Below are positions 48,891 to 61,820 of a stretch of 64,000 nt of DNA, piece after piece. The stretch comes from Camelus dromedarius (Eukaryota), in contig NC_087437.1 in NCBI RefSeq assembly GCF_036321535.1, positions 62,746,001 through 62,810,000 on the forward strand, in the 5' to 3' direction. The stretch's first letter is position 1. The number at the start of each line of letters is the position of its first letter. The position numbers and the translations under genes were made by a program. The notes beneath the pieces are model-generated. The model was given only the letters and a program-made list of their open reading frames with translations. It was not told where the DNA came from and ran no database searches.

Positions 48891-50324
48891 AACTTTGCTT
48901 GCTTTCAGCATTTCCTTGGTACCCTGGTCCCTCTGCCTCCTGCGAGTGCCTGCTCTTCCCCTGCCGCCAGCTGCCCGCTGTCGGCCCCTCAATACCGTGT
49001 TGTCTCGGCCCCACCCTCTTTCACTGCAGGCTTCCCTCTGAAGTCACCCCACACAGATGGGACGTCGGGCAGCTGGCTGACTTTCCCAGCAGGCACTTCA
49101 GATGTCCTGCTCTCCACTGAGCTGAGTTATGCTAGTTCTCAAAGAAGTCAAAGCTATGATCTAACTTCTTCTCAAGGGACACGCAGGCCGTGCCATGCAG
49201 ATCCTTTTTACTGACAGAAATGTGAAAGCTTGACTTTTCTCTCTCTTAGCAGGGTCCCTGATTTCTCTAAGACGACCTCCTCCCCTGAGCTATTTTTTGG
49301 CCTTTTCATGATGTATGTTTGGGTCTCTTCTATTAGCCCGTTGGTTACTCTCTTGATGTTCCCCCTTGCTGGGTGCCCTTCTGCCCATCTCTCACCACCA
49401 CAGAGGTCAGAGGTGATTTGACAGGCACCAGGAAGAGCTATCACGCCCCGTTCAAAACTCTGAGGTCACATCATAGTTTAACTGTGTATTTTTAAACTAT
49501 CTGTGATAGATGCTTAACTTCCAAACTATCAGTTCGATCTTCCTCCGGATTCTAAGACCAAACTTATTCCTACTAGAGAAATGTTGGGAGCCTTGAGCCG
49601 ACAGCAGAGACTCAGCCTAAAGTCAGGTGTGCTGAGTCTTCTCTGACCTTGTACCCCAGTTTCTGTGACCTTTCACCTTTCTCCCTTTGCAGTGACCCCT
49701 ACTCTGCCAGTCTGGCCGCTGTGTGAGTCTCCGACTCAGCCCAAGGCCAGCTACACCTCTGTGATGCTAACGGCCACCTGGATCTCCTCCCATCGCCCGC
49801 TGCTGAGTCAGATCAGACTCTTTCCCTTCCTTTCCTAGTCTCCTTTCTGGGGCTGGCCTTTCTTGGTGGCGCCGGTTCCCCTCTTGCCCAATCCAGGGTG
49901 GACTTCATCCTCCACCCCCTGCGATGCTTCCCAGAAGGCACATGGAGTGCCTCACACCCTCACTTTCCTGCTGCCTCTCGGCAGCGGCTGAGTGGCCTTC
50001 TTTCCAGCGTGCGCCGCTATTCACCAGAGGAGGCTTCATAACCAGCCTTGGCTCTGCTCATATTTGCCAGAAACTATTGCTTTCATTTACGTCCATTTTC
50101 GTTTGGTTCCTATTTGGAGATTAACTGAACCTCTTTCTTGAATAAACAGTGTGAGCTATTTACCCCTGTGAGCTGCCCTCCATGTTACAGAAAAAGAACA
50201 TGATTAAATTCTCTGCAGGGTTTCCAGTGACAATCAGAAAGGTAGGACTAAACCTACCCAGTGTTCCCCTGCTATCATTTCAGGGCCTCACCTTCTGTGT
50301 GCTCTGTTAACCTGAGTCTCCAGA

Positions 50325-50575
50325 GGCAGCCCAGCCTAGCGGTAAGGGCAGGGGCTCAGGAGCCCCTCACCAGCTGTGTGACCAGGGGCAAGTTATTTAA
50401 CCTCTTGGTCTCAGTTTGCTCATCTGTTGAATGGGTATAATCACTATGTCATAAGTTGCTATGAAGATTAAATGAGATTATACTTTAAAAGTGTTAAGTG
50501 AGATAATACTTTTAAATATTTTTAAAGCAGTTAGGACACTGCCTTGAGCAGAGTTAGCTCTCTAAATGTTTGCTT
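50325..50575 (+). mobile_element. MIR SINE
   Basis: CCAGCTGTGTGACCAGGGGCAAGTTATTTAACCTCTTGGTCTCAGTTTGCTCATCTGT core. Confidence 0.78.
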
Positions 50576-50719
50576 AGAAATAAATTCCAGAGGTATTGAT
50601 TAATTATTATGACTTAAATTTGAGGGGAAAGTTAGGAGTAGAGAAGAAATGGAAAAAAGAAATCAATTTGGATGGTACATTTGTCTGGGAATAGATTGTA
50701 CCAGATGTGTATAGGCATG

Positions 50720-50790
50720 TAAATTATTATGTAATAATTATGTAATGAATTATGTAATTATTAATGAATTATTATGTAAATTAATTTTTT
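50720..50790. repeat. AT-rich imperfect ATTATGTA repeat
   Basis: attatgtaataattatgtaatgaattatgtaattattaatgaattattatgtaa. Confidence 0.75.
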
Positions 50791-53099
50791 CCTTTAAAAA
50801 ATCTTAATGGAGTCTTGCCCTTACCCTGGCCAACTAGAAGAACTGTCCCTAGCTGTCTTAGGAAAGGTGGCACAGATGCCTTTAAAGGTTCCCCAAGTCA
50901 GCACATGCTTCTCCTGTTAAACACAAGGGGATGGTGGGACCCCAGATCCCTTAATGGAAAAAGAGGATTTACTCCTGCCTTTTCATTCTGCATTGCTTTC
51001 CATGGACCTTGCATCTGAAGATGCTCTCCTTTCCATGAGTCTAACTGCCCACAGTGTCTGCCATCCAACCCCACTGATAACTGTGAACTTCAGTTTCTGA
51101 CGCTGCTTTGCCAAGCGCTTGGATCTGATGCTGACACACAGGGACTTGTGCTGGGAGGCGCCCATCAGATAAGTCAGACCTCCTCCTCTCCCAGCTGCTG
51201 CTCTCCAGCTCCCTCTGCCTAATTCTTCCGTGACGCTTAGGCAGTGCGAGACCCAGAGAGAGTTCTGTGAACATCACCTGTGAACGGCAGCACGCGAGGC
51301 CAGAGCCTGCTCAGCAGAATGTGCAGTTGGAGGGAGTCTGTGTGGCACAGTTCAAAGGTCATTGCCAACTCCTGTGCACAGCTGTCCTTCTCTCCCTCAG
51401 CAACCCCTGCATCTGCTGCCAGAGCCTGGAACCCCACCATCAGAGATTATTTTCATTTTATTTACTAATCCCCTGACCACAAACCTCCTCCAAGTGGAGT
51501 ATGTTTATGACTCCTTTCTAGGCAAAAAGATGAAAAGCAGCCTACAGGTGATGTGCAGCTGTGCACACATGGCTTTAAGCAAGATGTTCACAAGAGCATT
51601 TTTTAATGAGAAAAACTTAATAGCCACAACATTGAAAAGCCCTAAAACGAGAATATAAAAATCTAACAGGAAGGGAAGGGTTAAGTAATTGTGATACCTC
51701 TGCTAAGTGAATGTTTAATTAAGCAGCCCTTAGGTATTTATAAAGCTTTGTAATAGCTTACACATTGCTTTCACATACAATGTGAAAAAGAAAAAAACAG
51801 GGCAGGATGTAAGGTTGCTTATGTAACTATGAGAAGAACATGAACAACTTGACAACTCTGTTCACAGGAAACTAACAGGAAGGAATGTCATCAGAATGTT
51901 AAGATTGGCCTTGTTGGGTGGAGAACTCTGGGTGATCTCCCCCCTCCTTTCTAATTTCCAGTGTTGCCCAATATTCCCTACCCAGGAGTTAGTTTATTTT
52001 ATAATGAAAGGAACAAAACCATCCACACTAACCACCTGTAAGACAGGTCAACAACGTAAAGGGGGAAAATGCGAACATTCCCAGGAGGCATCATACTTTC
52101 AGGGAAAGAAGGGCTGGTAGATGGCTGGACAGTTCCCAGCGTTGCCCCAGGACCACCACGCGTGCTTCGGGAAAAGTGAGAGTCACTGCTGATGTCTGAG
52201 TGGAGGCTTCAAAACCCGTCCCTATAAACCTCTGTCCCTGCGCTCCTGTGAAACCCAGAAGAGCTCTCCTGACACCAGGCTTCTCCACAGGAGTTCAGGG
52301 CTCCGGCTTTCTCTGGAAGTGGACTTCTGAGGCGGAGGTGTGACGCCATGTCTGGGCACTGGGGTGTGCTGCTGTGAGCGCTGGGCCGTCTGCAGGTTGT
52401 ACCTTGGTAGCCCACAGGGCCGTCAGGTCCAGAGGAGCCTGAAGCTGACGCTTTGCTTTATCTGGGGCTGCTGCTGACACAGCCGAGTTGCTGTGTGGTT
52501 TAGTTGTCCCCACGTTGCTGAGACGGAGGGCAGGGGGTGGCCTGTCGTCAGTGTCTCTCTCGGGAACTGGCCAGTAATTAACAGCGGGCGGGATGCGTGC
52601 GGGAGCGGGACTAGGGAGGCCCTGGTGCTGGTGCAGGTTTTCCCCGTGAGTGACTCTGGGAAAATCCCTTCCCCTCTCCTTACCTGCGTTTCCTCGTTCT
52701 TAAGATGAGGAAATTGGACTTCGGGGCCCTTCTCAGTGTTAATTCTGTTCTATGAGTGGAGAAGTTTCTATATTTACTCTGTAACACACAACCCTGTTTA
52801 ATTTTCTTGAGCACCTCTCATTATTGTGTTTATTTGTTAACTTACTGGCTATCGCATCGCAAACCTGAATGTCAGATCCAGGAAGGGATGTGAGATCCAG
52901 CTCTCCCTGTCTTGCTCCTGGATCTCCCGAGTCGAGAGGGATGCCTAGCACATGGCAGGCGATCCATAAGTAACATTCCACGAGACACTGCCTGATATGT
53001 AACTATCTCCTTCCAGCGCCTGAGAAGGCTCTCGTTGGCTGCCCGCCTATTCTCGTCAGTGTCTTCTGGATCCCATGGTTTATGTTCTGAGACCTTTTT

Positions 53100-54245
53100 T
53101 GAAAAAATTATCTTGCCATTTGGCTATATCACCACTAATTCCTAACCCCAACAAAAACTACACAAGGGGGAGAAGTTATAAATCCACAAGAAGGTTGAAA
53201 TTCACTGGATGTCTACGTACAAACTAAGAGATGGCCACATCCTTGTCCCTCTTGGCTCCCAGGACACTGGCAGACAAATAGAAACATATTAGTCAGATTT
53301 GAGGCTCTTTGGTTGGAGAAATAAAAAAAAAATGTACAGATACTCAAATACTGACATTTGGAGACCCGTCCCCCAAAGCTCCAGTGCCCTGCCCGATCAC
53401 AACACAGTGAAACCCTCCAGTCAATAAGCTCCTTCCATTATACAGAATATCCAGTCAGCTTTCTCGGTGCCGCATTCCTAAATATGAATACAATTCAGCT
53501 AGAGATCACCAGATTTTTCAGAAAAGCCTCTCAGACAGAGACCAAACTGGGCAAAGAGGACCAGGAACTCAGAGGAAACAAATGCAGGCAGGACAATAAA
53601 ACTTCAACCACACTATACTATCCTCAGAGAGGTAAGAGAGGATGGTTTATCCACGAAAAAAGAGCAAGCTCCCACTGAAAGAGGAAACATTACAGAATGA
53701 GAGGCTCCTAGAAACCAAAAATGTGGTTGAAAAGAAACATTTCACACATGGGTTAGAGATAAAGTCAAATTTTCCAGGCAGCAGAACAAGATCACCAAGA
53801 GAGGAAAACAGGGGAGAAAGTATAAGAAAATCAGAGAATCAATCTAACACGTTTTAGACAGAATGGAAAGGAATAAATCGTAAAGGAAAATTCCCAGGAC
53901 TGAGGGTGTGAATTGCCAACTTGATCCAATGTTCCAAGTGCCCGGTGTAATTCATTTTTAAAAAGACCCAAGCACACACAGCATCAGAACATACTGGCAA
54001 AGAAAAGGACATCCTAAAAGCTTTGATAGAGGAGGGACCAACATCAGGTAAAGGCCAACAAATCAAGAATCATAATGACAACAGATTTCAACAACATTAA
54101 ACACAAAAGAAAGTGGAGCAGTTTCTTCCAAATCTGAAGTGACAATGATTTCCAACCTAGAATTCTATGCCCAGACAAGCCACCATCAAGATGAGGGTAC
54201 ATTAAAAGCATTTCCAGACTTTTAAAGACTCAAAAACTTGCCTCA
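53100..54245 (+). mobile_element. Ancient L1/HAL1-like ORF1 region, degenerate
   Basis: A-rich; ends with TTCCAACCTAGAATTCTATGCCCAGACAAG (FQPRILCPDK, cf. the L1 ORF1p motif QPRIxYPAKL). The left boundary is uncertain. Confidence 0.6.
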
Positions 54246-54389
54246 TTAAGCATTCAATGAGTATTAACTGTTATGATTAGCATTTGTTGTTTTCCCAATT
54301 TTCCTTTTATTCTCTTTTTTTGGTTTCTCTTAATGTGATAGGCCTTTGATATATACAAAATAATCCCTTCATTCTCTCTTTTTAAAATG

Positions 54390-54935
54390 AATGAATAGGT
54401 AGACCGATTTGAGAAATGCCTGAAGCACAAAATGGTTTTTGATTTTAGCAAAGCATTCATCCAAGACTTAAGGGATAACCTTTCAGCCAAAACAATGACG
54501 TGAGTGCTGAGATGGTAACGGACCTGTCAGGTGAGTCCGTGGCCTATGAGAAGTGAGAGGAATTTTAGAGTTCATCTGATCCAATCCTCCTATTTTACAG
54601 ATGACGAAAATAAATCCCTGGAAGAGAAAGGGATTTATCTAAGGGAGATAAGTGTCTGGAGGATGACAGATACGCAATAAATATTTGTTGCATGAATGTG
54701 TGGGTTAGTAAGTAAATGAGTTAAGTCAGAGATTATCCAACCCTCTTATCTCATTCGTGGAAAAACTGAAGACCCCAAGCTTGTTGGTAGCAGGGCCAAG
54801 ACCAGATTCAGGTTTTCAAATTTAGGCTCAGAACACATTTCACTAAACCTTGCTAGATAAGTGCATTGTTCTAGGAGAGTAACACAAGGCTTCCACCAAA
54901 TGCGTCGATATATGGAGCGGCATCAGTGAGGGAGG
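54390..54935 (+). mobile_element. CR1/L3 reverse-transcriptase fragment, interrupted by MIR/L2-like pieces
   Basis: GATTTTAGCAAAGCATTC = DFSKAF at 54441-54458; degenerate QRVxINGS-like segment near 54895-54935. Confidence 0.55.
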
Positions 54936-54984
54936 AGGACTGTTGAACCCTGCTGCAGAGAACACAAAGCCAGGAGAGCCAGCC

Positions 54985-55800
54985 GGGATTACAGATCACA
55001 GAAGCCCAGGGCCTTAGTGGGCTTCTCTGACCCCCTACTCATGGCAGGACCCTTTTAAAGATACCCAGCTCTCTGTTTTATGACACCGTTCCTTCCTGGT
55101 GGAGAGCTGTGATTTTAAGAACATTTAATTTGTTTTTGTAATTTCCATCCATAGTTCTCAGTCTGACCTCCAGAGCAGTCCAGAAGAAATCTTTCTTCAA
55201 CAGAGCTTCACATATGTGACAACTTGGTCAAAAATTTCTTAAGCCTTCCCTTTCCCAAATATTCCTTCGAATGGCTCTAGAATGTGTGGTTTCCAATATT
55301 TTCTTTATATTCTTCTGGATAAACTTCAGTATGTCACTGTCCCTTCTAACTGGGGGAAACTCAGTCTTTCAGATGGAGTCTTTCAGCCCAGACTAAGTCC
55401 CGCGCTCACTTCCCCTAAGCAGACACTATCACTTCTATCGGTGGGTCCAAGAGTCTCTTAGCTAAGTCCAGCTGTGGGCATCTATGATGCAGGGCCTACT
55501 GAAAACCCCAATCTGATTGGGGGGGTCTTCTCAGCCCTGCTCCTCCCCCTTCTCTACTTGGGGCTCTCAGGCATTTAACTCAGAGAATTTTCTATTTATC
55601 TTCATTAAATTACATTTTCTAGCTAAGGCATGGTAATCTTGACTCTCTCATCTATCAGAGTGGTGATTCTTCCAGTTTTGTGTTATCTGAAGACCTGAAA
55701 TTTATGCTTCAATGTGTTCACTCAAGTGAGAGATAAACATGGAGAAAAAGGTAGGACCAAGGACAGAGCTCAGAGACCCGACACTGTAGGCTCCTAACAG
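54985..55800 (-). mobile_element. CR1/L3 3' portion (RT motifs through the 3' end)
   Basis: Minus strand near 55770 reads SVLGPTFFSMFISHL (cf. QGSVLGPxLFNIFINDL), followed by a SDNTKL (FADDTKL-like) segment near 55690 and L3-like 3' sequence. Confidence 0.7.
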
Positions 55801-56564
55801 AAGGGCAGATCCACCCAGAGGAGGAACTAAACTTGCTCCTGGGCACAGTTGTCACCAAGGGTGGAAGTTACAGGTTCAGTTCAGATTTGGCTCAATTTAA
55901 CATTTATTCATTTGTTCATTCAACATGACTTTATCAAATGCCCATTAGAGCTCTCCAGCAAGGGAGAGGGAAACGCAAACAGATACAGAATTTGGTGTCT
56001 GCTCTTTATCTCTGTCCCTCCTACCAGGCTTCAGAACCATCTAGAGTAGGCACAAGCTGTCAGTAGAGATGGGGCTGGGAAGATTAACAGCCTGGCAATG
56101 AACTTCGGCCTCTGACACTTAGTCTGGAGATAATTGCCCTGCCAAGAGGGAGGCATGTCCCGCTCTTTGTGCTTGCCCGAGGCTGTCTAGAGGCTGTCTA
56201 CACTGCGGATCTCATTGTACTTGAGCAGGAAGGCATTTCCCTGCAAACACATGCCACAGCACATGGGAAAGCGCCCAAGGGAATGGCTCTGAAAACCCTG
56301 AGGTTATTTGCAGCAGAGGGAGGAGAGGTGGCTGGGAGAAACAGGATTACCATGAGCGACTCTCCAGATAGATAAGGAATTGTGGGCTGCCCTAGGCATT
56401 CCTGCAAACTGTCCACTGTATGCCATGGTTGTGCCACACCGAAAAGTGGAACTTCAGGGGAAATCCTACCAAAGACCAGAGAGGACTTCACAAAAATGCA
56501 AAACGCTATCACTCCTAAGTTAGTCAGATGTGAGTCACCCATTTCCCACTTGGTGGGTTACTCG

Positions 56565-56775
56565 GCCTAGAGTCATACTGCTAGGTTTGAATCTGTCTCC
56601 ACTGTTACTATCTGTATAATCTTGAGCAAGTTAATTAGCCTGGCATTGGTTCATTTCCCTTATCTGTAAAACAGGGGTATTACTAATTCCTACCACAGAG
56701 AGTTATTGCAAGGATTACATGAATTACCACAGATAACACTGACACGCACTACATGCTCAACAAATGTTACCTGCT
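56565..56775 (+). mobile_element. MIR SINE
   Basis: GGTTTGAATCTGTCTCCACTGTTACTATCTGTATAATCTTGAGCAAGTTAATT...TTTCCCTTATCTGTAAAACAGGG. Confidence 0.75.
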
Positions 56776-56920
56776 GTTTAACCAGTAATCATAACTTGAC
56801 ATGTTTTCTGCACTGATACCTTGTATTTAGGGAATAGAAATCCATTTCTAAAGCACCCTTAATGACATATATTGAAGGAAACTAGTGGACTGGGAAAAAA
56901 ATTAAAAGCAACCATATATT

Positions 56921-57012
56921 GGGGATGTGGGTATATAGCTCAGCAGTAGAGCGCATGCTTAGCATGCTCACGGTCCTGGGTTCAATCCCCAGTACCTCCA
57001 TTAAAAAAAAAC
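56921..57012 (+). mobile_element. tRNA-Ala-like SINE (camelid Vic-1-like, short form)
   Basis: GGGGATGTGGGTATATAGCTCAGCAGTAGAGCGCATGCTTAGCATG...GGGTTCAATCCCCAGTACCTCCA + poly(A); imperfect TSD ending ACCATATATT / ACCATACATT. Confidence 0.87.
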
Positions 57013-58299
57013 AAAAAACACCATACATTCTCAAGCCCAGGCTAAAAGATTTAGGGTGTGATTTAGGCTATTTTCCTTTGTGAGGCCATGGATGTGAACC
57101 TCCCTCCTCGTCCTACACCAGGCCTCCCAGATAAACAACAGACTGACATCAAGCCAGGAAGGGATTTCTTAGAACTGTTTGCCAAACCAGGGTGGGTAAC
57201 ACGTTCACAATGCAGTGATAGGGTGGAGGCGTCCATTCACACATAGAAACTTGGCAAAATGATCCCTGGAAAGAAGAGGCCACACTTGCCCCTGGCTGAC
57301 CAGGGGACACCAGTCAGGCTGATTATTTTTGGGTAATCTGAGCACAGGCAGCAAGTCGGCCAGGACAGAATTGGGAGGAGGGCGTGGGTGGAGTTCAGGG
57401 GTGTGCTGTGTACCCTCTGAGAGAGGGGGCTGGCCAGCTGCTGGAAGCCTAGGGGGTTAACTACAAATTCATGTTCAGAAGCAGCACATTCTAAATGCTT
57501 TGATTCAGAAAGCAGACGCCCATGGTGACTGTCTCCTTGGCCCAAAGAGATGCCAGGGGTATCTTGTTAATTTCTCATTATCAAGCTGAATAAGATAATA
57601 ATTTACATTTGTATGACCCTTTCCAGGGTACTAGACTCTTTCACAGACATTATCTAATCCTCATAGATCCCTGATTTTACAGGTGAGGAAACAGGCTCAG
57701 TGAGGGGAAATGACTGGCTCAGGGTCACACGATGGCAAATCGCAGAGGCAGGACTCCTAGTCTTAGGAAAGCAGCTATCTCCTCCAGGTTTATTCGTTTA
57801 CTCTGCCGCCAGCCACTGTGCTGGGCGCAAGGCACAGAGCAGCGAGGCAGATGGTCCTGATGACCTGTCCTCATCAAGCTGGCTGTCTACTGGGGAACAT
57901 CAGTGAGCATCTGAGTGTGACGACAACAGAGGTCCTGGTCCAGGGATGAGGAATGGGGTCCCTCAGAAGTGACCTGCACTCCCGTCACTGCCCCATGGAT
58001 ACTGTCATGGTTGTGTCTGCTCCAAGCTGCTTCTATTATTGGCTTCAGCCCCTCCCTGGGCTGGGACAGGGGATAACAACTTCATTCCCACTCACCCACC
58101 AGCCAGGGGGATCCCAGAGGGGCTGCCTCTTTCCTCTGCCAGCCGGCTGGGCTCCATCACCACCAGGCCATCTCCAACAGCGCTTGGCACCACTCTGGTG
58201 GTGGGAGCAGGAGATGCCAGCTCTGTGACGAATGACCCAGAACTTGTGCTCAGCAAGGAGAAGAGCAGCAGCAATGGAAAGGGTTCCCAGAGTCTTACA

Positions 58300-59560
58300 G
58301 TGGCTTCCCTAAAGGTTGTCAAGTTTGCCATCAGTGATCTCCATGAGGATTTCCTCTCCTCCCTGCTCCTATCCCCCCTACTTCAGTGTGAAGATGGGCC
58401 TTTACCTGTGACCCTGCCCAGGTTCACCTACTATGGGTGAATCTGAATGGGATTTTCTCCTTCTATCTGCTGCCTTTGGCTGGTTTTGCTCTGTGACTGA
58501 CCCCATGTCTTGGGTCTGGTTCATGACACTGCATCTTCCTCACCACTGCCTCCCTGCCTGGTCACCAACTATCAGGATGTGCCCTCTGGACACCACTTCC
58601 TACCTGTTCCTACCGCCTGTGCGTGATCTATGATCCAGCTCTAACATTCAATTTGGATCAGCTGTCCAGGAATAAAAGGGCAAAGGTGCAGTTCTAATGG
58701 CGTGAAGTGGCCACTAGAGGGCAGCAAAAGCTAGGATTTACTAAAGGGAGCAGCTGCACTTAGGTTGCTGGAACAGACAGCTGGACCCGACCCTGGCTGG
58801 GACACAACACTAGCTCATGTAGGAAAAACAAGATGGACAGTTGCATAGCGCCCAGCACACAGTATGTGCTCAGTACATGCTTTCTGGATGAAACCCCCAA
58901 TTTTACATATAAGAAAGCAGAGACCAGGAGAAGTTATGTGACATGATCACAAAATTAGTGCCAGGGCGCAGGCTTCCCAGTTCTTAGGCCAGCGTGCCTT
59001 TCCATCACACAGTACACAGGTCCCCCTCCTTCCCCTCCCTCACTACTCCCTCCTCTTTCTTCCAACCAGATCAACTACCTCCCTATCCAAATTCCAAAAC
59101 ATTTTTGGACAAGCTGTAGTCACTTGTGACGCTTCTCTCCATCCCTTAGATCTAATTTGTCACCTGGCCCTGTCAGGTTATTAGAAATCTGTCTTTTGGG
59201 CAGCTCCTTGCTAATTCAGGCCCTCATCCCCTACCTTTGCGGTTCTACAAATGTCTCACGTCTGCTCCCCTCCATGCTCTCCCTCATCATGACACTCTGT
59301 TGTTTCAGATTCACATCCACTCTGACATCTGCCTCTTCAGACTCCACCAGCTTCATCATGGCCTCACAGCCCCTCATAATCCTCCCATCCACTGTCAGTC
59401 CAACTTCCACTATGTGTCCGGAGCTTTTTCTCTGCTCAGTCTCTTGACAGTGCCCAGGTAGGGCCCGGTCCCGTTGGCCTCTGGGCCGCTGTTGATGGGT
59501 GACACTCCAGCTAGAAGTCTCCCTTTTCCTCTGCAGGCCCCGTCCTCCCTGCCGCTGAAG
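58300..59560 (+). mobile_element. Degenerate L2 fragments (discontinuous; interrupted by MIR and unique sequence)
   Basis: C/T-rich L2-like segments at ~58300-58620 and ~59100-59560 (e.g. CTTCTCTCCATCCC, AATTCAGGCCCTCATC). Confidence 0.5.
58708..58726 (+). promoter_or_regulatory. CTCF motif
   Basis: TGGCCACTAGAGGGCAGCA, a full match to the core consensus. Confidence 0.78.
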
Positions 59561-61431
59561 GTCAAGCACAACTTGACCACTTTGCACGTCTCCCACCTTC
59601 TTTGACAGTCGTCTGCACAATGGGCTTTCCTCTTCCTGGGACTAAGCTTGCCTGTCCGATGTGTTCGATACACAACAGTCAGAAGGACACACACCCCACT
59701 TTAGGTGGTGTGTGTATATGTGTATATTATGAAACTTACTGTATTTCTTGGCTATTTGGCTTAGTTACTGAATAGTCATTTTTAGAGTGCCTTAGTTTTA
59801 TCTGTTTTCTCCCACTCTGTGGCATTGTTTCAGCAATGGGGCAGCCAAGAGCTCTGTGCTGGGTACCAGCCAAAATGACTGTGAGTGTGTGCCATGTCAT
59901 AGCATTTTTCTTCATAATTTTTAGCTTTTTGGGTTTTTTCCTACAAAAATATGTCAATATTTCTAACCGAGAATATGTGTTTCAGTTGGTAGTGGTGGCA
60001 AAGGGCTAGGAGAGGGTGAGGGAACTGGGAAGGCCAGGAGTTCACTGGAGGACAACGTGGTGATCTGCAGGCTGGAGTTTGAATTCAGCAGCCTGAGCCG
60101 GAACCCAGGTTCCAGCACTGCGTAGCTATGTCACCTTGGACGTGTTGAAGATACAAGTTCTGTTCAGGCTTCAGTTCCGCATAGTAAATACTGAGGTACT
60201 AAAGTTAACGTAGAGTTGCCACTTTGATTAAAGATGACAGTGCATGTAAAGCACTTGCTACCCAGTTAAAGGCTGTTGTTCTGGTATTATTACTGTTGTC
60301 AGTATTATTTGATGTGATTGGTTGAGTCACCGAGTACACCTGGAAGGGTCCCTTTTCTTTAGAGAAATCACTCATTTTATTTTAAAACTTCAAAAAATAT
60401 ACATCCAGAGAAGTGCATCTATCGGCTCAGTGAATTTTCTAAAACTGAATACATTTATGTAATCAGCACCCAGACCCCAGGAAAGAACACAAGAGCCCCC
60501 GCGAGCCTCACTCACATTCACTTCCAGGCATGAACCCCTCCCCACTAACCCATTATTCATCACTTTTGTGTGTGTGTGGTAAGAACACCGAACTTGAAAT
60601 CTGTCCTTTAAGTCATTTTCAAGGGCACAGTGCAGTACTGCTCAGTACAGGCACAGTGCTGGACAGCGGATCTCCAGAACATGGAACATGACCTCCTATG
60701 CCCTCTTGTCCTGTGGTCTTGCTGAGGGGCTCAGTGGCCCTGAGCAGTGAGGATTCAGCAGAACTGGACAATTTTCACTTCCTCCTGATAGCCGCAGGAG
60801 CTGGGGCCAAATATTAAGGAAGAATCTTCAACTGTAAGTCCAGTTAGAACATCTGGGCTAGACAAAGATTTAACAGCTATGGCAGGATACAAAGTCAAGA
60901 TCACAGACCATCCACGAACTGGGAAGAGATGGGAATTTTACTTTCCTTTGAATATAAATCAGCTATGCCAAATATGGGTTGAGAGCAGCCAACCATATAG
61001 TTTCAGAGAAAGCAGAGGCAAAAACCAATTTAGATATCTTTAAAAATTTTATGATCCTTTCTTCCCTGGGCCCCTTTTCCTGTGATTAGAAGTTTAGCAG
61101 CTAGAAAGGGCGAACTTGACTTGAAATACATCCTGGACAATTTAACAAAGCAAGTGAGGGGAGGACTTGGTGAAGGAAGCAGATGGCCCCCAGGGCAGGC
61201 GCCACCCCAGCTAAGAGTTCCTAGTGGTAGCACTCAGGTGGAGAGCAGATATATGGCCTTAGGAAAAGATGGAAAATTGGGTAGTACTTGGACAAGTTAT
61301 AGAAAACTTGGCAATTGCACCTGTGGAAGGACTCCCAGGACCCAAAATTTAGCACACAGGGAGAATAATGAGCTCTTAATATAGCAGTGGTTAGTAGTGC
61401 CAACCTCAGGATGTATTTGGTACATGTATTT

Positions 61432-61434
<3 letters not shown>

Positions 61435-61463
<29 letters not shown>
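61435..61463. repeat. Poly(A) run (~29 nt)
   Basis: Uninterrupted A tract after GTATTTGGT. Confidence 0.9.
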
Positions 61464-61465
<2 letters not shown>

Positions 61466-61789
61466 CTCCCCTTCTTGAGCTAAAAACTTTGGGAGACAAA
61501 TGGGAGAGCACACAGATACTCAGCATCACAACAGGGGAGCCCCCATGGACATCTGTATGCGCCCCTCCCCACTTTCCTGGGTCTCCATCTCTAGGCAAGC
61601 CACCAGATTCCAATTGAGAAACCATCACCTCTCCCCCATGTACACAGAGGTACCCCTCTCTCAGTGCTCTGACTTCTGGAAAGTCTTGGTCAACTTCAAA
61701 CGAACTTAATTTCTGAAGGAAGAAACTGCTTAGGTAGTCAAAGGTAAACTTGAAGGTAGAAATTCTTCTCCTTTAAGGCTGACCTCAAG

Positions 61790-61820
61790 TCATTCATTCA
61801 TTCATTCATTCATTCATTCA
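61790..61820. repeat. (TTCA)n microsatellite, probably an expanded L2 tail
   Basis: tcattcattcattc... followed by CTCAACAAATATGTATTAAG (antisense L2 3' end). Confidence 0.88.

Noticed and set aside
56921..57000. tRNA-Ala-like sequences here and at 2350, 42982 and 48890 as real tRNA genes
   Set aside because: Degenerate acceptor stems, poly(A) tails and target-site duplications identify them as SINEs.
58092..58331. 79-aa minus-strand ORF with a signal-peptide-like LLLLFSLL stretch
   Set aside because: Starts within L2-like sequence, with no supporting promoter or splice context and no family resemblance.
58687..58694. TGCAGTTC as the CTCF upstream (zinc finger 9-11) motif
   Set aside because: Spacing to the core is ~13 bp, longer than the usual 5-6 bp.
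59231..59694. Minus-strand ORFs (129 aa and 94 aa) ending at an AAAG|GTAGGG donor-like site identical to the SH3-exon donor; considered as a novel KALRN exon
   Set aside because: The sequence reads as degenerate L2 (GATGAGGGCCTGAATTAG, GATGGAGAGAAG on the minus strand). There is no good upstream acceptor and no recognisable protein similarity.
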